The notes under the pieces: model-generated
The model's database searches: none
What the model was told of the DNA's origin: nothing
The model's input: the letters and a program-made list of their open reading frames with translations, nothing else
Shown here: positions 57,944-64,000 of the stretch, one piece after another
Position numbering within the stretch: position 1 is the first letter of the stretch
Layout: the number at the start of each line of letters is the position of its first letter
Position numbers and translations under genes: made by a program
From: Longimicrobiales bacterium
GTDB lineage: Bacteria; Gemmatimonadota; Gemmatimonadetes; Longimicrobiales; Gaopeijiaceae
Length of the DNA: 64,000 nt
NCBI GenBank assembly: GCA_041690395.1
Contig: JAWLHJ010000003.1
Coordinates: forward strand, 512,001-576,000
Reading direction: 5' to 3'

Positions 57944-59412
57944 GCGTCGAACCGCTCCAGGAATCTCGGGTTCTCTTCCGCCAGGGTTCCGTAGATCTCC
58001 AGGCAGGTGTGGGTCCAGCTCCGGACCCACGTGCAGTAGTGCAGGTTGGCGTGCGACGACGTGCCGTAGTTCACGTGGGCCTCGTGGTAGCAGCCGCCCG
58101 AGCAGATGGGCCGCGCCCAGCACGTGTGGCAGTCGGTCTTCGAGGCGATGTGATGGTCGACGAGGAAGCGTCCCTGCTTCTCGCGGTCCACCCCGCCCGT
58201 GACGGTCCCGATGGTGTGCTCCGGCGAGCCGGCGAAGCGATGGCAGAGCGAGACGTCGCCGTCGGTGGCGACGCCCATGAGGCCGAGGCCCGCGCCGCAG
58301 CCGTACGCCTTGCTGACGCCCTTGTGGATCTCCTCGATGGTGTCGCGGACGTTGCTGAAGCCGTGATGCTCGTCCCTGAGGGCGCACTCGAGCCACTCCT
58401 GGGCGAGCTCCTCGAACTGCCGGAGCATGGCGTCCTTGCCCTCGGGCGTGATGGCGTAGTCGCGCTTGTCCTGCGTCGTCACGGGCGCGAGCCCGACCTC
58501 CCAGAAACCCACCTCCTCGGTGAGGTGCCGGAAGATCTCGAGGACGTCCATGTTCTTCTGCGTGAGCGTGACGCGCGCGCCGATGGGCCTCGACCGGTGC
58601 GTCGCGAGGAGCTCCTTGATCTTCGGCAGCACCACGTCGTAGGTGCCCTTCCCGTTGTGGAAGACCCGCAGCCCGTCCTGAACCTGCTTGGGTCCGTCGA
58701 TGGAGATCGTGACGCCGATCTGGTTGTCCGCGAGCCACTCGATGATCTCGGGCTTCAGGAGCGTCGCGTTCGTGGTGAGGCTGAACTCGATGCGCTTGCC
58801 CTCCTCGGCGGCCCGGCGCCGCGCGTAGGCGACCGTCTTCTGGAGAACCGGGAAGTTCAGGAGGGTCTCGCCCCCGAAGAACGTCAGGTGCGCGACGGGC
58901 TGGTTCTTCGACTCGGCGAGCAGGAACTCGACGCTCTCCTCGGCCGTCTCGTCACTCATGAACTTGGGCTGCTTGCCGTACTGCGTGTCGACGATCTTGT
59001 CGTCGCCGTATTCGTAGCAGTAGGTGCACGCCAGGTTGCACTTGTTCGTGACGTTGAGGACCATCGTGTTGAGCGGGAAATCCGCAGGAGGCAGGTCGTT
59101 GGGGACCTGCTCCTTGGGGGCGTCAGGATGCCCGATGGCGCGGATCTCGGTCAGCTCCTCGATGGTCCCGAGGATGCGGTCGGCCTCGAACCGGTCGGAG
59201 AGCGCGTCCACGAGTGCGTCGGTGCCGACCGGCCCGGCCTCGAGCGCGTCGAGGATGGCACACCCGGCCTCGTCCATCCGGAAGATGCCGGCCGAAGGGA
59301 CCATGTACAGGAAACGCGCACCTCGAGCCTCGAACGCGTGGAACTCCCGCAGCGCGAGCACCGGGCTCGCCCCTGTCTCCTCGGAGGCGCCGGTCGCGAC
59401 GGGGGGCGTCAC
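57940..59412 (-). CDS. qhpD: Radical SAM/SPASM thioether-forming maturase QhpD (PeaB)
   Basis: CNLACTYC, FFGGETLL, CGAG..CHRF..CHTCWARPICSGGC. Confidence 0.93.
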   Translation of the reverse strand: MTPPVATGASEETGASPVLALREFHAFEARGARFLYMVPSAGIFRMDEAGCAILDALEAGPVGTDALVDALSDRFEADRILGTIEELTEIRAIGHPDAPKEQVPNDLPPADFPLNTMVLNVTNKCNLACTYCYEYGDDKIVDTQYGKQPKFMSDETAEESVEFLLAESKNQPVAHLTFFGGETLLNFPVLQKTVAYARRRAAEEGKRIEFSLTTNATLLKPEIIEWLADNQIGVTISIDGPKQVQDGLRVFHNGKGTYDVVLPKIKELLATHRSRPIGARVTLTQKNMDVLEIFRHLTEEVGFWEVGLAPVTTQDKRDYAITPEGKDAMLRQFEELAQEWLECALRDEHHGFSNVRDTIEEIHKGVSKAYGCGAGLGLMGVATDGDVSLCHRFAGSPEHTIGTVTGGVDREKQGRFLVDHHIASKTDCHTCWARPICSGGCYHEAHVNYGTSSHANLHYCTWVRSWTHTCLEIYGTLAEENPRFLERFDA

Positions 59413-61124
59413 CGTCCGTTCCCCACGGGCGGGCGGCCGTCGTCCACCGGACGCCAGGGCTCGAAGCGCATGTAGAGCGGCACCGTGACGATCAGGTGGG
59501 CCCGCGCGGTGAGCGCGTCGCCGGCGGTCGGTCGGTGGGTCGCCACCACCCAGACGTCGCCGATGTTGTTCCGGTTGCCCGCTCGGTCCGGGTTCGGCCC
59601 GTCGACGGCGGGAGTGAAGACGCCGTCCTGGCCCATGGTGCCGACGAACGCGAGGTCGTCGTCCCCGTATACCGCCGCGTACTCCTCCAGGTGCCAGGCC
59701 GCCTCGACCCGGCCCAGCGCCAGGTCGTCGTCCGTGCCGGGCTCCCCGTCGGGGCCGTCGTCGAAGCCGATGGCCTCGAAGGTCTCGAATCCCTTGGGGA
59801 AGACCTCGCCCCCGACGCGGGCCATCCCGGTGCGTGGCGTGACCTCGATGCGGTCGACGCCGTCGTGGACGACGACCGCACTCGGGAGCAGCGCACCATA
59901 GCCGACGAGGTCGCGCGCTCCGATCCGGGCATCGGGGGCGATGGTCAGCCGAACCCGGAGCACACCGTCGCTCGGCCCCTCGACCGAAGTGACGGACACG
60001 CCGGAGCCGAAGTCGATCTCCGACGCGCTCGCAGGGGTCAACGCCGCGCCGAAGAGCTCGACCTCCACCGTACTCCCCCGCTCGAGCGCCATCGGATGGA
60101 CCCCGCTCACGACCGGAGTGCCCCCGACCCGCTTCAGCGTGACGTCGAAACCGAGCTCGTCGTACGCCCCGGTGAACCACCGGCCGGACATCTCCTGCTG
60201 GCTACGTGCCACGGTCATGACCTCGCGAAGCTCGGCGTCCGAGCCCGGGTTGGAGCGACCGCGCCACTGATACCCCGTGTAGACGAGCGCCTCGCCCGAG
60301 CGCGTCGCGCGTGCCCCCGACTCGCCGTACACGTAAGACGTCGACGTGGTGAACACGTCGGGGTCGTCCGGATCGACCGACACGGTGACCGTACCGAAGA
60401 TCGGGCCCTTCCCCGGCTCGTACCCCGACAGCGCCCACGTCCCCGCCAACCTCGGCGACCGCTTCGTGGCCGACCACGCCGACCACTCGGGCGTCTCCAG
60501 CGGGAACGTCTCGGCGAGATGGTCGATGGCCTGGTCCATCGGATGCCGCGGGTCGCCTTCTTCGGGCGGGGGGCCGGGACGCCGGAACGCCTGGAAATCG
60601 ACGAGCGGGTAGAGCGCCCGGTGGGTCGCGAGGAGAAGGCCCCACTCCTCTTCCGTGCGGCGCTGCGTGATCACGCGTCCCATGGAGTGGCACTGGATGC
60701 ACGTGTACTCCACACCCGAGTCGCCCTCGTAGTCGTGCTCGATCATCCGCCGCTCGACCTCGAACAGCCCGGGCTCGAGCTCTTCCGGCGCGAGTCCCTG
60801 CTCGTCCGCCAGATAACGGACGATCTCACGCGCGTCGGCCTGGTTCAGGCGGACGCCGTGCAGCGACATCATACGGCGGACGGACGTCTGCCAGCCCTCG
60901 GGCGTCTTGCGCAGATACGAGATGCGCGACATGCGCCCCTCGTCGTCGACCGTGTGGCAGCGGGCACAGCGATCGATGACCGTCTGGTTGCCGATCGCGA
61001 AGCCGTCGACCGACTGCGTGACACGGGCGGCGTCGGCCGGCCGGGAGATGGGACTCCAGGCCAGAAGCACGCCGAGCGCGGCGAGGCCGGCCATCGAAGC
61101 GGAGAAGCGAGCGGGAGATGCCAT
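59409..61124 (-). CDS. qhpA: Quinohemoprotein amine dehydrogenase alpha subunit (diheme c)
   Basis: Two CxxCH motifs (CARCH, CIQCH), SRISYLRKTPEGW, YLADEQGLAP, GPNPDR..NNIG. Confidence 0.95.
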   Translation of the reverse strand: MASPARFSASMAGLAALGVLLAWSPISRPADAARVTQSVDGFAIGNQTVIDRCARCHTVDDEGRMSRISYLRKTPEGWQTSVRRMMSLHGVRLNQADAREIVRYLADEQGLAPEELEPGLFEVERRMIEHDYEGDSGVEYTCIQCHSMGRVITQRRTEEEWGLLLATHRALYPLVDFQAFRRPGPPPEEGDPRHPMDQAIDHLAETFPLETPEWSAWSATKRSPRLAGTWALSGYEPGKGPIFGTVTVSVDPDDPDVFTTSTSYVYGESGARATRSGEALVYTGYQWRGRSNPGSDAELREVMTVARSQQEMSGRWFTGAYDELGFDVTLKRVGGTPVVSGVHPMALERGSTVEVELFGAALTPASASEIDFGSGVSVTSVEGPSDGVLRVRLTIAPDARIGARDLVGYGALLPSAVVVHDGVDRIEVTPRTGMARVGGEVFPKGFETFEAIGFDDGPDGEPGTDDDLALGRVEAAWHLEEYAAVYGDDDLAFVGTMGQDGVFTPAVDGPNPDRAGNRNNIGDVWVVATHRPTAGDALTARAHLIVTVPLYMRFEPWRPVDDGRPPVGNGR

Positions 61125-61218
61125 CGACGCTCAGGTTGGGGGAACCGATCAGCGACGTTCGTTGACGTCGGGCCATCTTGAGGCCTGGGGGCCGTATTCG
61201 CCAGTACCGGCATCCAAC

Positions 61219-62808
61219 TCAGGTCTCGCCGTGCTCGAGGACCCCGACCGCGAACGCCGTGGCGAGGGCGGTCAGGTAGTCCGGAAGCGTGACCGGTGGC
61301 GCGACACCGTTGTACGCGGCCCACCCGTCCGGGACGTCGCCATGGCGCGGCGCGGTCTCCACCAGCGCCCTCAGGTCCACGCCCCGGACGAACCGGACCC
61401 CGCTCGGGCACGCGTCGGTGGCCAGGTGGTCCTGGAGCTTCACCCGGTGGCCCTCGATCGCGGGCCGCTCGAGCGTTCTCAGCGTCGAGCCCGGGACCGC
61501 CTCGAGCCACGGCAGCGCCTTGATCCGCTCGAAGGCGCGGCGCACGTCGGGCTCGGGGATCTCCGTCTCGAGGCGATCCGGGTCCACCTCGGAGTCGGAG
61601 CCGGGGGCGTGGGGCGACGTAGCTCCGACCCGTTGGGCCGCCTCGGCCCGGGCGCGCCAGTACCCGGTGCCGTACGCCTCGGCCGCTTCCGCGAAGAAGT
61701 CGGCCGAGATCGCTCGATAACGACGGTACACCTCTCGCTCCCGCCGGTCGAAGAAGTCCAGCGCGGTGGAGACCATGCCCGGGTCGACGAGCGCGGTGTG
61801 CGCCACCACGCCCGCGAGCCACCCGGAGGAGAGGGCCTTCTTGACCCCGAACGACGAGAGCGGATCGATGAAGGAGCCGGCGTCGCCCGCGATCAGGAGC
61901 CCTTCATCGGCGAAACGACGGGAGGTATACAGGGATGCCGGGCATGCCCAAGCGTCCCCTCGGGGCTCGGCGCCGCGTCTGAGTCGCCCCACGTGTCGCG
62001 TCTTGTCGAGCTCCCGGTCGAGCATCTCCGACGGGGAGACGCCGGCGAGATCGGCGTGGCGCTGATCGATCATCGCGGTGACGCACCGCACGTCGGGCCC
62101 GACCGGCACGGACCAGGCCCACCCGTCGGCGTAGCTCTCCACCTGCGTGTGGTGCGCCTCGTCGTCCGGCCATCCTCCCGGACGGTACCAGCGCCGCACC
62201 AGGGCCAGCGTCGTCGTCGTCCGGTCGGGCTCCCGCTGCGCGCGAGCCAGCAGCCCGTGCCGGCCCGTCGCGTCGACGATCCAACGCGCGTGCAGGTGCA
62301 CGGCTCCGTCCGGCCCCTCTCCCGTCACCGACCAGAGGTCGGCGGCGGTGTCCGACAAGCCGGCGCCTCGTGCGTCCGTCCGTTCCGCCGAGCGCGCGCT
62401 CACGCCGGCGTGGACCCGCACGCCGGCACGCTCGGCGACGCCCGCGAGGACCTCTTCGAGCGAGATTCGATCGGTATGGAAGCCGCTGGCCTCCTCCGTG
62501 AATGACTCGCGCCGCAGCGGCCGATCGGCCCACCACACCGAGTTGCCACGATTCGGATGGAACCCGGCCTCCTCGACCGCGCCGAGCGCGCCCAGCTCTT
62601 CCAGTACGCGCCGGGCCGACGGCGGGATCGACTCCGCGAGCGCCGACGCCGGGGGCGACAGCGGACGGACGAGTCCGACCCGGTGGCCGCGGCGGGCGAG
62701 GAGAATCGCGGCCGCACAGCCGGCCGGCCCCCCTCCGAGGACGAGGGCGTCGTAGGGGGGTGTCTCGGACTTCCCGGACACGGCGGACGTCGATGATGGC
62801 GGTGGCAT
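61219..62808 (-). CDS. qhpG: FAD-dependent monooxygenase QhpG (halogenase-like fold)
   Basis: GGGPAG, DATGR, GWAWSVP, GDAGSFIDPLSSFG. First gene of the qhp cluster. Confidence 0.8.
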   Translation of the reverse strand: MPPPSSTSAVSGKSETPPYDALVLGGGPAGCAAAILLARRGHRVGLVRPLSPPASALAESIPPSARRVLEELGALGAVEEAGFHPNRGNSVWWADRPLRRESFTEEASGFHTDRISLEEVLAGVAERAGVRVHAGVSARSAERTDARGAGLSDTAADLWSVTGEGPDGAVHLHARWIVDATGRHGLLARAQREPDRTTTTLALVRRWYRPGGWPDDEAHHTQVESYADGWAWSVPVGPDVRCVTAMIDQRHADLAGVSPSEMLDRELDKTRHVGRLRRGAEPRGDAWACPASLYTSRRFADEGLLIAGDAGSFIDPLSSFGVKKALSSGWLAGVVAHTALVDPGMVSTALDFFDRREREVYRRYRAISADFFAEAAEAYGTGYWRARAEAAQRVGATSPHAPGSDSEVDPDRLETEIPEPDVRRAFERIKALPWLEAVPGSTLRTLERPAIEGHRVKLQDHLATDACPSGVRFVRGVDLRALVETAPRHGDVPDGWAAYNGVAPPVTLPDYLTALATAFAVGVLEHGET

Positions 62809-62863
62809 CGATCCACAATAGGACGCCGTGGGTCGGCTTGCCACCGGGGTCGGGCCTCCAACC

Positions 62864-62900
62864 CATATCTTGACAATCATCCCATGATCACCAAGATATG
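62864..62900. promoter_or_regulatory. Inverted repeat CATATCTTG-N19-CAAGATATG containing TTGACA
   Basis: Between divergent qhpG and padR. Confidence 0.55.
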
Positions 62901-62935
62901 TAATCCACACGCACACCAAAGCCGGAGCGACGGGG

Positions 62936-63271
62936 ATGAGCGAGCAGAACACCGACATCATCCAGGGGACCCTGGATATGCTCATCCTCAAGACACTGAG
63001 TCTCGGGTCTCTTCACGGCTACGGGATCGCCAAGCGGGTCGAGCAGATCACGCAGAACGTCTTCAAGGTGAATCCGGGCTCGCTCCTCACCGCGCTCAAG
63101 CGCATGGAGCGTGCGGGCTGGCTGGACTCGGAATGGCAGCGCACCGAGACGGGACGACGGGCGAAGTACTACGCCCTGACCCCCGCGGGGCGGAAGCAGC
63201 TCGCCATCGAGTCGGAGGACTGGCGGCGGCGCTCTGCCGCGGTGGGTCGCCTGCTGATGGCGGAAGGGTGA
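62936..63271 (+). CDS. PadR-family regulator (acidobacterial type)
   Basis: IQGTLDMLILKTL..HGYGIAKR..PGSL..GRRAKYYALT. Confidence 0.93.
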   Translation: MSEQNTDIIQGTLDMLILKTLSLGSLHGYGIAKRVEQITQNVFKVNPGSLLTALKRMERAGWLDSEWQRTETGRRAKYYALTPAGRKQLAIESEDWRRRSAAVGRLLMAEG

Positions 63272-63272
63272 G

Positions 63273-64000
63273 ATGACGAGGTTGTGGCGGACCATCCGGT
63301 CGGGTGTCGTGAACCTGCTGCGACGACGGAACGCGGACCGAGACGTATCGGACGAAGTTCGGCACTTCATGGAAGCCGCGGAGGCCGACCTCATCGCCCA
63401 GGGAATGGCGCCTGAGGAAGCTCGTCGTGCCGTGCGCCTCGAGTACGGCGACGATCTGGCCGCGCGCGAAGACGTGCGGCAGTACGGGTGGGAGGGTTGG
63501 ACGGACGCCCTCCTCTGCGACCTTCGCCTGAGTGCCCGGAACCTCCGGAGAAGTCCCGGCTTCACGACGGTGGTGGCCCTCACCTTGGGGCTGGGCATCG
63601 GCGGGGCAACGTCGATCTTCAGCGTCGCTCGCCCGGTCCTGTTCGAGCCCCTGCCCTACCCCGACCCCGAGCGCCTCGTCTCCATCGACGGGCGCGGCGA
63701 CGACGGCACCTCGGTGCAGTCCGCTTTCGGCACCTATCTGGAGCTCGCGGACCGTAGCCGAACCCTGGAGGCGCTGGCGGTCTTCCGGCCGTGGCAGCCC
63801 ACCCTGACCGGCGGTGACGAACCCGTCCGGTTGGACGCCCAGAGCGTGAGCGCCGGGTACTTCGACGTGCTGGGCGTGCACCCCGCCCTCGGTCGGGGAT
63901 TCGAGGCCGAAGCGGACCGGCCCGGAGGGCCTCTTCAGGTCATCCTCAGTGACGGCCTCTGGCGCGGCCGGTTCGGAGCCGACCCGGCCATCGTCGGGCG
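63273..64000 (+). CDS. ADOP-family duplicated permease (partial, runs off window)
   Basis: Manual translation: MTRLWRTIRSGVVNLLRRRNADRDVSDEVRHF..DLRLSARNLRRSPGFT..LGIGGATSIFS..PLPYPDPERLV. Confidence 0.88.
   Translation, partial: MTRLWRTIRSGVVNLLRRRNADRDVSDEVRHFMEAAEADLIAQGMAPEEARRAVRLEYGDDLAAREDVRQYGWEGWTDALLCDLRLSARNLRRSPGFTTVVALTLGLGIGGATSIFSVARPVLFEPLPYPDPERLVSIDGRGDDGTSVQSAFGTYLELADRSRTLEALAVFRPWQPTLTGGDEPVRLDAQSVSAGYFDVLGVHPALGRGFEAEADRPGGPLQVILSDGLWRGRFGADPAIVG

Noticed and set aside
53977..59412. Novel ranthipeptide/sactipeptide RiPP cluster (radical SAM + Cys peptide + ABC + S8)
   Set aside because: The peptide is clearly QhpC and the diheme QhpA is adjacent, so this is the known QHNDH system.
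61219..62808. Tryptophan halogenase of a natural-product cluster
   Set aside because: Position at the head of the qhp cluster fits the QhpG monooxygenase.

Overview
64 kb of very GC-rich bacterial chromosome with about 52 protein genes and one tRNA-Leu(TAA). Three PadR + ADOP-type duplicated-permease pairs and many small lipoproteins point to a Gemmatimonadota/Acidobacteriota-like organism (inference). Recognisable systems are msrPQ, an osmoprotectant-type ABC importer, RecQ, an S9 peptidase, FabH, a 2813-aa cyclic beta-1,2-glucan synthase, general-stress genes (CsbD, DUF892, DUF3618/holin-like), TetR + GT1, a stand-alone molybdopterin oxidoreductase, an HDAC-family enzyme and a complete quinohemoprotein amine dehydrogenase cluster (qhpG-A-D-C-B-F-E). 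No prophage, IS or CRISPR is visible. The most unusual block is 28.1-33.0 kb. It holds a STAND-ATPase/TPR regulator with a C-terminal SARP/BTAD module, a SARP-style 11-bp-phased repeat in front of a His-rich lipoprotein gene, and a divergent signal-peptide protein that resembles an orphan T4 gp19/eCIS tail-tube protein. Several clear operator palindromes and sigma54-like promoters were also found. All product calls come from motif recognition by eye, without database searches.
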